NCBI GenBank assembly: GCA_024626585.2
Contig: JANKJI020000004.1
Span: 12,684,679-12,710,594, forward strand
Origin: Ginkgo biloba
Lineage: Eukaryota > Plantae > Ginkgophyta
Reading direction: 5' to 3'
DNA: 25,916 nt
Within the stretch, counting starts at the first letter, position 1, and each line of letters opens with the position of its first letter. The notes below the pieces were generated by a model, which had not been told where the DNA came from, did not search any database, and saw nothing but the letters and a program-made list of their open reading frames with translations. Below are positions 1-10,790 of the stretch, piece after piece. Both the position numbers and the translations under genes were made by a program.

Positions 1-386
1 CCACTTGGAAATAATGACCAACTTACCGAATTCGAAGACAGGCATTTCTTGAACCTTAAATAACCAATTATAAGGATTTGCAATCATAAAATGAAATCCA
101 TGACCTGCAAGAACACCGTTAGATCTATCATTAATGGAATGGAATGATACATCTGACAACCTGGGCGTTCAGTGAAGAGCTCCACTTGCTGACAGAAAAT
201 GCAGCAAGCATTCAAGTAGTGATTTATGAACAGGCACTCCCTCCTGCGCCTATTCCCTCATGTCTCGTATGATTAAACATTTTCTGGCATAGCTAGGCAA
301 GTAAGGGCAGTGGGCTCAGTGTCAAATTGCAGCTCTTCCGGAAATGATACTCCTCCCGAAAAGAAGAAACTGAATCATGATACCTT

Positions 387-827
387 TCAAACTCTCCTCT
401 GCGGCCTCATGCCATTTCTTTGAGTTGTACCGAGTTCTGAATAACTTCTAGCCATAGCTTTCAGAAATCTGACAACATCCTCTGATGATGGGAGAGAATA
501 GCGCGCATTAGAACCCTTCCGACAAACTGCACAGGAAAAGTAGTTTTCGCCCTTTAAATCAAGTACAGAAGACCCCTCGTGCCAACCGACAGTCTCATCT
601 TGCGTCCTCCAATCTTTAGTGTTAGAACTTTTGGATCGTGATCCCTTCTTATCTAGTGCTGGAGTTGTTGCTTTGTTGCGTGTTGCTTTGTTGCCTCCTT
701 TCGCAGGGCTAGGCTTCTGTGCTGTTCTCCTTTCTACAGGAATCTTAACATCGGCCAACTTTCCAATCCCATTCCCTTCCCTATCTAAGGGAAGCTCTGG
801 CTCAAAGAAGGTGTAAATGTCTTCATC
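387..827 (-). CDS. TPS1: TPS1-like last coding exon (DEDIYTFFEPELP...SSVLDLKGENYFSCAVCRKGSNARYSLPSSEDVVRFLKAMA...RRV*)
   Basis: CTTCAG acceptor at 830-828, 147 codons including TGA at 389-387. Conserved DEDIYTFFEPELP and VLDLK.ENYFSCAV motifs flank a variable K/S/T-rich linker. Confidence 0.93.
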   Translation of the reverse strand, partial: DEDIYTFFEPELPLDREGNGIGKLADVKIPVERRTAQKPSPAKGGNKATRNKATTPALDKKGSRSKSSNTKDWRTQDETVGWHEGSSVLDLKGENYFSCAVCRKGSNARYSLPSSEDVVRFLKAMARSYSELGTTQRNGMRPQRRV

Positions 828-1178
828 CTGAAGTTCAAAGTAAACATGAGAGACTAAATTACTGAGGCATCATCAGAAATCATCACCCATAAAATATATT
901 TGAATTGCTTCAGATGACAGAATGGGAGTACATATGCTGTTTCTATTTACAAAGGAAAGCCCCCATCTCCAAAATGGATGAATTTTCCTGATTTAAGAAA
1001 TGGCTCTCTGAAGGTACCTAATTTTCAGAAGTTTCAGCCATCCAACCAACTTTTAAGAAATAGAGAAATAATGGGGAAGCACTTGAACATACATATTTCA
1101 GATGTCACTGCCATAGGGTCTGCATGTAGAAATTAAGGTTACCAGTTCGCAGATTATTGTTTTTATTAGAATGCATAC

Positions 1179-1277
1179 CTTGCCTAAAAAGTGACCAATG
1201 CAGAGAACATAATCTATTGGAGTGATCATGGGCTTGCTGTGAACAATTTCCCCCAATATTCGATCAATAGCCGCACC
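1179..1277 (-). CDS. TPS1: TPS1-like penultimate coding exon (GAAIDRILGEIVHSKPMITPIDYVLCIGHFLGK)
   Basis: 99 nt, phase 0/0, with AAACAG acceptor and GTATGC donor. It directly continues ...VGVSK|GAAIDRILGEIVH as in class I TPS proteins. Confidence 0.95.
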
Positions 1278-4064
1278 CTGTTTGCATGTGGAATGCGCCA
1301 TTGGCATAATTAGAATAAACATCATAGAAAAAAGGACAANNNNNNNNNNNNNNNNNNNNNNNNNNNNNNNNNNNNNNNNNNNNNNNNNNNNNNNNNNNNN
1401 NNNNNNNNNAAGAAGATACATCTTAAATGAATCTAGTAACGAGTTTCTTCCATCCACAATCTTCTTGATGGAGATCCCCATATCTTCAAGACAGTTTGTA
1501 TCTAAAAGCCTGGCAGAACTACCGTGTTGCAAACCTTGGGAGACTACTGAAGAATGTCTTTCAAAGCTCTACAATCTAGTAGGGCATGTTAATCATTTGA
1601 CAGGTCTGTCCTCATCGTGTTTTGAGCCAGGCTTAGCTTTATATAGGATGAACTTTTCTTATCTTGTTTTTGTTTTCTGAATGCTGAGAACTGGAACTAA
1701 AAAATTTACTGTAGGATAAAATATATTAAAACACTTCATCCAACACGAACTTACGTTCATATAATACATTCTCCTCCTTGGTTATCTCTCTATTTGGTTA
1801 CCACAAGACCCCAGTCAGAATGCACTCCTACATAATTCCTGTCTTTAGATACCATGAAAAGTACATTGTACATCATAAAGACTTGGACTGATTTGGCAGC
1901 CTTTAACTTTTTGTTTATTATATTTAGCATAAAGAAGCTTTAGGTACTCCCAGCACATAAATTTCCATATGCAGGTTTGCACCTATTCTGTTGATGGCTT
2001 TTAGTTATTTTTTTAAACATTAGAATTTCTCCCCACCTTCCCCCCCTCCGAATCTACTTAGAATTCCTCTTTCTAACTATGTCTTAGCAGGGTTGTTGGA
2101 CCATATGGCAGTGTGACATACAACAGGGCATACAGCATGATGATATGACAAAAAGAGTAACAGAAGAATATCAAACAAATCAATGATGTCGCAGGCTGCA
2201 ACAAAGACATGAGAAGTATGGACAGAAGGTTGTCCATACACTCCATAGACTCTGTTATTGTCCATACGGGGCATTTGATGCAGCAGAACGGCATCGTACT
2301 TAGGCCATGACGACATCATAGGGCTGATGAAGGCACATTAAAAAAGGTCATTGAGAGCATTAATGAGCATTAAATAGGGTTTGATAAATAGTTGCCTAAC
2401 GAGACGTGTAACTTGAAATGAAATGACATGTCATTTAGGGCTTATAGAGATGTAAAGTGATAATAACAGAGAATTGGTGGACTCAAGTGAGAGACAAGAA
2501 TTAATGTATGGGCCCAAGTGTGATCATGCATTAAATGTGATATACCATGTAATTGTGAATAATGAATGAGGATTATACCCCACGTGTCCATTTACTTCTA
2601 TGTGATTGATGCCCACGTGTAATTGATACATGTATTCCGCCTTAATATGATGCTCAAGTCACTGCTAATGGTGGGCTTCTCATCCTGAGCCCTAAATTAG
2701 GCAGCATTTGGTTTTGGTGTCGGACCTCACTAAAAAAATAGAGANNNNNNNNNNNNNNNNNNNNNNNNNNNNNNNNNNNNNNNNNNNNNNNNNNNNNNNN
2801 NNNNNNNNNNNNNNNNNNNNNNNNNNNNNNNNNNNNNNNNNNNNTCTTAGGCTTGTTTTAAATCTCTTAAGAAATGCTACAACTCTTTCCTTGTGGACCT
2901 TCGGTTGAAATTGAACAGATTTCTTCCAATTTTGACCTCAAGTTGGAATTTTCTTAAAAGTTGACATAAATCGATTTTGAATCCAAAAACGGATCACCTT
3001 GATACTACCATAGTAGAAATCCCATATCTATATCCATCAAGCGAATAATGAACTAAAAGGGTTACAAAGTGAGTGAACGAAAGGGATACAAATTGAGTGA
3101 ACTAAAAGGGGTAAGTTCCAAAATAACAATTGTAGAAAAGACATGACAGAGCCCCAACAACAACGATAAGGCATATGAAGACCCCCTAGTTTTCAAACTT
3201 CATACAACTAAAGTAAAGAAGCTATTTGGAACCTTGCAACCAAAGAATCATTCTAGTGTGATGATAGAAGAAATTGTAGGATGCCCAAACCCAACAAAAA
3301 CACAAGTATCCAACTAAAAGTCACCAGATGCCACATAGGAGTCACAAGCACTATATACTGAGGAAAAACCCATTGTGTAACAAAATGGTGGTCAATAATC
3401 CTTGTGAGTCTCTAGACTCCCATCATAATTTACCAAAGGATAGTAACAATACCTTTNNNNNNNNNNNNNNNNNNNNNNNNNNNNNNNNNNNNNNGAATTA
3501 CCTCTTTAACTTCAGTAATAAATTACACCAATGATCATGTGACAGTTAACAATAAACTCGACAATGGCCCATATGCCTTGCCAATAATCCACGAGCCATT
3601 AGAACGTATTCAATAGTAATAATAGCTTTGGATAGTATAATGATATCATCGATGTGAAAAGAACCAACAAATCCAATTATAATTTCAATAATAACCACAA
3701 TCCATTCAATAGCTAAAATAACCTTTTCAACAATCAAAATAATGCATTCGTTGAACCGCACAATTTATTCAATGATTCATTCCTTGAACTATGCACTTTA
3801 TTCAGTGGTCGGAATAATTCACTTGGTCGTCATAAAAATTCACCTAGCAGTCCACATTCAATAGTCAAAATAATTCATTTGGTGGTCCCAAAACCTAGTC
3901 AAGGGCCGAAACAATACAGTAGATGGATAGGATAAATTTAACAACTATAGCTTCAATAATAATAATAATGGTAGTTAGAATAGTAACAATGGTAACAATA
4001 GCGGCAACAATGGTATACTAGCATCATTTTTGGGCTTTTGATGGCCCTCTAGTGCTTCTTTTAA

Positions 4065-4122
4065 AGCATGAAAACAATCATTTTTTTAGGGTTTGGGAAG
4101 TTAATCTTAGTTGTGGTAGGTT
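4065..4122 (-). mobile_element. Continuation of the same LINE RT past the insertion
   Basis: Reads NLPQL / INFPNPKKMIVF, resembling the expected L.VN..KTK.M.F motif that follows LQ..LD.L..FC in these RTs. Confidence 0.55.
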
Positions 4123-4762
4123 TGTGATGGCCTTCTTGTCATATCTTGTGCAAANNNNNNNNNNNNNNNNNNNNNNNNNNNNNNNNNNNNNNNNNNNNNN
4201 NNNNNNNNNNNNNNNNNNNNNNNNNNNNNNNNNNNNNNNNNNNNNNNNNNNNNNTGTTTAATTACAACTCTGTTTACAATCTCGATGGCAATACCTGCTC
4301 CTCTTCTCAGCGCTCCAAACAACGTCCCACAATCACAGTATCTCTTGTGAAACCTTTGTGCACCAGCCAACAATGCTCTAACTACAGGGTTGCTTTCCGT
4401 TGAGGTGCCTTCCGGGATTGCTCAACAATGGCGCGGGAGAAAGCAATAGGAGGACAGGAGCTCGCATCGGGACGGGGCGGGAGCAGGACGGTAGATAGGG
4501 ATGAGAGAACAGGAGGAGATCAGGACGGGAGAATGGGAGAAGAGTGAGGCTAACCAGAACGGGAACGGGGCAGAACTCATGCAGTGGAGTACTTGCAGGA
4601 CGGGAGATAGGGATGGGAGAACGGGAGAAGAGCTCCACTGTTCGGATTGAACCAGAACGAGAATAGGAGCACAGTGGAGCACTTGCAGGACGGGAGATAG
4701 GGATGGGAGAACAGGAACGGGACAGGACTCGCACAGTGGAGCACTTGCAGGACGGGACGAAG
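4123..4762. mobile_element. 640-bp GC/CpG-rich insertion (solo-LTR-like) nested in the LINE, flanked by direct repeat AGGTT
   Basis: AGGTT occurs at 4118-4122 and 4763-4767. The left end starts TGTGA. Composition differs sharply from the flanks. The right end lacks a terminal CA. Confidence 0.6.
4582..4757 (+). repeat. Purine-rich direct repeats CAGTGGAG(T/C)ACTTGCAGGACGGGAGATAGGGATGGGAGAAC
   Basis: 41-bp copies at 4582-4622 and 4672-4712 (1 mismatch), a partial third at 4734-4757, and more diverged copies at about 4480-4540. Confidence 0.9.
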
Positions 4763-4951
4763 AGGTTAACTCAACTGCCAGAGCATCTAATTGCCTCTGA
4801 AGTGCCTTTGCAATTGAGGAAAGAAGGACAACATCATTTGTAAAGAGAAGGACAACAATCAAAACATATATAGAAGACATCTATCTTCTGCATGGGTGGC
4901 CTCATGGGTATGTTGCTCAAGCTTGTCAATAAACAAGCCAAATAAGTTGGT
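4763..4951 (-). mobile_element. Decayed non-LTR retrotransposon (non-L1, RTE-like LINE) reverse transcriptase, catalytic region
   Basis: With frameshifts it translates to (P)T-LFGLFIDKLEQHTHEATHAEDRCLLY / VLIVVLLFTNDVVLLSSIAKALQRQLDALA. This resembles the LINE RT pattern SPTLF.LFID.L...LLFADDVVLL....LQRQLDAL, with FADD decayed to FTND at 4844-4833. Confidence 0.8.
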
Positions 4952-6020
4952 TGTAACAATCTCACCTTTAATCCTTGTACACCATTCTTAATTACTTACT
5001 TATAAAGATGTATGCATAATTAGAGTGAAATGTAAACATAAAAAAAAAAAAATCAACAAGGAAAATTATTCATTTATATTAAATCATGTAACTATAGAGA
5101 GTCCACAAGTTTAGACTGCTATGGGTAAGGGAAGGTCTTGTCAACTGTACTAACAATCATGTTGGCCACGAGGACCACCTATTGAGACTTACATAGCTAC
5201 CAAGATCTAGTTCATGAATGCTAATCGTCGGCACCAAATGGCCTCTCCATTTGATTCCACCCCTTGTAGCTATTAAGAGTGCCAGGTGTAGGTCTATTTC
5301 AACCCCTTCTTCAGCACTAGTGTCATCTCCTNNNNNNNNNNNNNNNNNNNNNNNNNNNNNNNNNNNNNNNNNNNNNNNNNNNNNNNNNNNNNNNNNNNNN
5401 NNNNNNNNNNNNNNNNNNNNNNNNNNNNNNNAGTAAATAAAAGACTTCTAAAGTGAAAATACAATAATGTACATGATACACTGTGATAGTTCATCACCAA
5501 CTTTGACTGACCTTTGACCAAGTTTGACTAGGGTTGAACTAGGGTTGACTGGGCTATAACACCGCAAAAAAAAAGATAAAATTTCATAGCAAAATCAACA
5601 GCGGTGATGAAAGCATTCACACTTCCCTTCAAAAGGCACAGAAAGGGAGAGTCATCTTAGACAAATAAATGCTCAATGTAATGACATTATAAAGGATTTG
5701 AGATTTCACAGTAGGTCATGATCTCCAAGTGTTAGATAGAGTATAGATCTGAACACTTTTTAAAGTCTCTCTTGAGATGGTTATAGAGATAGACATTATA
5801 GTATAAAACAATCAAGGTCTCGATAAATGGCAAGGAAGGGGACTTCAAGTTCTTTGGATAATTTAAAAGAGAGGGCCCGACTTCAAGAGATTATGACAAG
5901 AAGGTCTAGAGCCCATAAGAGAGAGAAATGATGTATTAGAGAGACAACTGTGATGAAAATGATCGAGATAGGTGCTCAAATTCAAAAGATGTCTCAAGGG
6001 ATATAAACGTCATTGCAATG

Positions 6021-6362
6021 AATAATCTTGGAGAAGGGATGAGTTTGATGAAATGACACTTGGATAACGTTCATGCCCTTTTGGTTCTTAATGACATCGA
6101 TGACCCTAATGTATTGGTTGCACTGCTTGGAGATTGGTTTTATCCACATAACATAATTATTTCTAGAACCAAAACAAGGGTGTGGTAGTTAAGAGAAGTA
6201 AACATTTAAATAGAATTTATTAGGTTGAAGAACTTGACCATGATCAAGCTTTGCAATTGTTCACTTGGCACGATTTCCTTGAGGGAGTTCCCAATTACAA
6301 GTACCAACATCTCTCCAACCAAATTCTCCAACTTGTCAAAGATTTTATAGATAGATGCAACA
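6021..6362 (+). pseudogene. TIR-type NLR (NB-ARC) gene fragment: kinase-2, RNBS-B and RNBS-C motifs
   Basis: The frame from 6024 reads NLGEGMSLMK*HLDNVHALLVLNDIDDPNVLVALLGDWFYPHNIIISRT. After a frameshift near 6172 it reads NKGVVVKRSKHLNRIY*VEELDHDQALQLFTWHDFLEGVPNYKYQHLSNQILQLVKDFIDRCN. Order and spacing match LVVLDDVD / W(F)GPGSRIIITTRD / IYEV..L....ALQLF.WHAF. Confidence 0.85.
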
Positions 6363-7689
6363 TGGGAGAATAAAACTTTAATAAAACAACATCCAATACT
6401 ACCTATGCTTTGAGGGCCAAGCATATTAAGAGNNNNNNNNNNNNNNNNNNNNNNNNNNNNNNNNNNNNNNNNNNNNNNNNNNNNNNNNNNNNNNNNNNNN
6501 NNNNNNNNNNNNNNNNNNNNNNNNNNNNNNNNTAATTAGGCTGCAAACTCTATTGTTAATGTGCAATAACAGTGCATAACTAGCCTCCAAGGTACTAGAA
6601 AGTGTTGGGACTTGTTTAGGAGGTTCGTTGGGACCCATAGTGCCTTATCAATCCGACCTAACCCCTTGAATGAGGTTTCCATCCCCTGCTGAAAAGATCC
6701 AAGTACTCCTTTGGCAAGAATGCCTTTAGAAAGTCGTCATAAGTGCAAAGAACAAGGCTTAGTTATGTGGAAAACAACTAGTGCTTGAAAACAATGACCT
6801 ATATCAGTGTACTCAAGTAGCCACAAGGTAGTAAAGAAGCCTTAGAATGAGGATGCTTAAAGTAGGAGATCGTAAGGAGATAAAGAGAAGATGATTAAGG
6901 GTTATCAAAGCCTCAATAAACCCTATTAATGTAATAAAGAAAGGATATTAACCCCTACATAGAGTTGGGCTTACTCCTTGGGTTGTTCCAAATCCTAAGA
7001 AACCCTCTGTGGCACTGTTTTCTCTCTAATCACTCCTTTAAGGGAGGCGCCCTTGGCTGAAATGCCCTCTTAGCCCTCTCTTTCAAAATTTTCTCTCTCG
7101 TAAGTACCTTTGCATGGGGTTCAACCAACATGTGCAACATATGTAACCAGGCCCCATCATTAAGCTTAGGTTGAGTAGCATCCCTCAAGGCTGAATTTAA
7201 AGCACTTTGGAAGGCTCTCCTTGATCCACTCATTAAGTCCAAATTCACAGAAGTCTACGCTGTAACATCAAGAATTGCCTTATCCACTATACACTCTAAT
7301 ATTGGCATGGAAATATGTGGATCATAGTCCAACTTTGGGTTCACTCATCTTACTAGTAATGAAGTTCAATTTTTAACCACTCAGATCATTTGTTGGAGTT
7401 GCGCAAGTTCCCAACATTGAAATATGCTTAATAGTGGAAAGCTCAAGTCTTTGGAAAATTGCTTCAAACCTACCAACTATGTGGGATAATGTCATAGGTA
7501 TCTCGGCCTCCATAGGGATTGTACTAATATTTTAGGAATTGGGGTTGGCACATCTTAAGTAGTTGAGACTATAATTGCTTCCTCTGTGGGTGTTTCTTTT
7601 GGTGGATTCTTTTGACCGTATCTCTTTGTAATTTTCTACTTACTATGGATGTGTTCGATTTTCTGTTGAGGCTTTTGTGCTAGGACATT

Positions 7690-8090
7690 CTCTGCTTCCC
7701 CAGTTGATCATTTTGCTTCTTCCTACACATCCATGGCATCTTTCTCAATTGCTATAAGAGATCCTTTTACTGCAAGGAATTCATCCTTCTCCTTTTTGTG
7801 ATTTGAAAAGACAGTCTCAGTTGCAACGGAGGTTCTTTTGGCTTCCTTGTCACTTCTTGTGTAGACATTACGTCGCATGATTTAATGGTTGTGTGTTCGA
7901 TACCCATGGTCTTACTAATGAGATTAACAACCTTACTCGTTTTCAAGAGGTTCTCTAAATTATGATCGCCTAGCCTATAGTCTTTACAAAGTGATACCTC
8001 AATCTTTTTTGCCATGTAGTTGCATGAATAGTGTGTCCATTCTAAGTACTTCATGCAACATACAATAGGGGATTGACCTCCCTGATTGGT
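7690..8090 (-). mobile_element. Decayed Ty3/gypsy gag-like region
   Basis: Fragments LHEVLRMDTLFMQLHGKKD and PLQLRLSFQITKRRRMNSLQ loosely resemble the retrotransposon gag capsid domain. Many stops and frameshifts. Judged by eye only. Confidence 0.35.
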
Positions 8091-9839
8091 NNNNNNNNNN
8101 NNNNNNNNNNNNNNNNNNNNNNNNNNNNNNNNNNNNNNNNNNNNNNNNNNNNNNNNNNNNNNNNNNNNNNNNNNNNNNNNNNNNNNNNNNNNNNNNNNNN
8201 NNNNNNNNNNNNNNNNNNNNNNNNNNNNNNNNNNNNNNNNNNNNNNNNNNNNNNNNNNNNNNNNNNNNNNNNNNNNNNNNNNNNNNNNNNNNNNNNNNNN
8301 NNNNNNNNNNNNNNNNNNNNNNNNNNNNNNNNNNNNNNNNNNNNNNNNNNNNNNNNNNNNNNNNNNNNNNNNNNNNNNNNNNNNNNNNNNNNNNNNNNNN
8401 NNNNNNNNNNNNNNNNNNNNNNNNNNNNNNNNNNNNNNNNNNNNNNNNNNNNNNNNNNNNNNNATTATTGGTGCACATTGAATAGCATCCAATTGACATA
8501 TCAGTAAAGTACTAAGGATTCGTGATAAGGCAAACACAAGGATGGAGTCATAGCACCCCATGCAAACTATATACCTTTGTATAGTACATACTTGAAGATA
8601 CCAAGGGTATACACAAGTTCGCACAAGCACTAAGATCAAATTTGATAATAAAGTGTCATGTAGTGGGCATTCATCCAAATTTCAACAAATAATTTGTTGC
8701 GGTTGTTTGTTGGTTGAGCATCTGAGCATGAATTCAAAATTTTAAGAAGTTCAACAAACCAGATAGTGGATGTAGGTACAAGACAAGAAAAGGTAGCATC
8801 CTCAGAACTTATCAACCTCAACAAAAGTACAATGGCACCCACAGATCCAGGGCACAAAATGATTAAAAGAGTATAATTGCTTGGTTATGTTTCTGTGAGT
8901 AAAACCCAAATATCAATTTGAATATAAGAGTGGAATAATAGTGAAACCCTGCATTAATGAGAGGAATAATAGTGGCCTAATGCTATCATATAATTTTGAG
9001 AAATGGATATGTGGTAGCTGTAGTCATGTAAATGGTTTGAATTTTTCAAGTTTAGGGTACTTTAGGNNNNNNNNNNNNNNNNNNNNNNNNNNNNAAAATT
9101 TATTTTTCTCAAATTGCGATTTGAAGCTAGATTTAAAAGAATATTAATGATTAATAGTATTTTGATGGGAGTCAAACCCACAAAGCCAAAGTTGACCATC
9201 TTACAAATGCAAAAGTAGATCAATCTAGTACAATAATATAATAACTCAACTATCACAACAAACCAACACCTATAAACTTGCACTGCTAAATATATTCAAT
9301 AGGAACCCATTGTCAAATAAGCCTTGTGTATGATAGTTTGAGAATTTCACCAATGGAAGCCTAGGTGCAGGACTATTAGGTAGGTGATAGTGAAACGTCT
9401 ATAGTATCCACNNNNNNNNNNGCTTATGAACAAGGTTACCACCTCAAACATTAGGGGTCCATATTATGACACCCATTTGTATCTAATGGCCTCACCCATG
9501 TGCCTCGCTCAATAGATGTGGGGTGGCACCCAATGATTCCAATCCATCAAAGTGCCAATGATAGTCCAAAGAAGCACAAGGTGACAATTGTTCCACAAAA
9601 AGGCATGGCTTAACCACTCCTCATTGCTCAATAGGACTCACAATGGCCAATGCTCAACATACATNNNNNNNNNNCAATGGTAGCCATGGGTTTGCATTAA
9701 AATTTTCACCACCAGTATGCCTAGAACAAGGGACTCAAACAACGTACCATATGGCATTTTCACTTTCCACTTATCCCATAGGGATACACATTAGAATGGT
9801 TCCTCCTCCATAATTCAAAAGACAAAGACTAGAATGTAT

Positions 9840-10150
9840 TCAACAAACTTTTCATTGCTACGTTTGGGGGAGGAAACTATCCCCAATCGCCACATTTGAC
9901 AATAAAAACACTGTCGAAGAACACATTGAGTTTTGCAAACAAATATGAAAGAAATACAACATACCTCACAAGGCATGGATATACCTCTTTCCAATATCTT
10001 TGCCAATCAATCAGTTGGAATGGTAAGTATAGTTTGAAGAACAACATTAAACTAAGTTAGACCACATTTGAACAAGAAAATTGTCTCCAAGTGTTCATGC
10101 AAATCAAAGATATCAATTGACAATTATATGTTGCAAAAACTAAAACAATT
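9840..10150 (+). mobile_element. Decayed Ty3/gypsy Retrotrans_gag domain
   Basis: EEHIEFCKQI*KKYNIPHKAWIYLFPISLPINQLEW*V resembles the ..HL..F......W..LFP.SL...A..WY gag pattern. Confidence 0.55.
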
Positions 10151-10549
10151 ATCAAAACACAAAGACGATGGTGTGGAGCGATATGTTCATCCTCATCCAA
10201 CAATAAGATAATGGAAAATGCCCCAAAACAAAATTGAAATGAGGAGGGTGACTTGTACAAGAAGAAATCATGACAAAATTTAATGCCTCAACCCCTCCAA
10301 AACATTTGGAGTTGACTTATGAGGGTAAGGAATTTAATCACATAGAGTCATCATGAAGAAGACAACATGGTTCAACCACAAGAGATAAAGATACGAATAA
10401 ACAAGCACCCCACACACACACTAACATTAGTGATTAAGAGAATGTGGCTAGGATACCACAAGATACAGTGGTTTACATTGCATATTGACACATATTTGCA
10501 TGGGTGTACAAAGAAATGAAGAGTATACCTCTTGGAGTCGATACACAAC

Positions 10550-10790
10550 ATATCAAATTATTCGAAGAAGGCCAAATAGTTTGCCAATAGCAACATAAAA
10601 CGGGCCTAAAGGCAAAACATCAAAGTAAACAATGGCAACAAGAAATGGCATGCTTGCCATATTAGACCACCAGTATTAACAAAAGGCAATACATAAGATT
10701 CCTAACAAGATAGAGTAAAAAATGTAATGGCTTGGACATTATATCATTGGCACCCTAACTAAAAATGGATCAATTCAATCATTGCTAGTA
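10550..10790 (+). mobile_element. Decayed gypsy (Athila/Tat-like) integrase C-terminal GPY/F region
   Basis: IKLFEEGQIV (cf. F..GDLV) followed by WLGHYIIGTLTKNGSIQ from 10728 (cf. W.GPY.I.....NG.V.L). Confidence 0.55.

Noticed and set aside
1282-1680. Plus-strand ORF or extra TPS exon near the acceptor
   Set aside because: No recognisable domain, it spans Ns, and the TPS protein is already continuous without it.
2578-2620. Two G-box (CACGTG) motifs
   Set aside because: They lie in TE/LTR-like DNA deep in an intron, with no evidence of function.
3320-3610. Possible copia protease or pre-integrase motifs (GSWII, RHMGH, MWHL) on the minus strand
   Set aside because: The motifs are too short and in inconsistent frames to support a call without a search.
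4582-4757. CRISPR-like repeat-spacer pattern
   Set aside because: Eukaryotic intron, only 2.5 repeats, irregular spacers that resemble each other, and no cas genes.
4378-4880. ORFs 4422-4880 and 4378-4734 as a secreted Pro/Ser-rich protein
   Set aside because: The hydrophobic N-terminus is the decayed LINE RT motif and the rest is read-through into a C/T-rich repeat insert.
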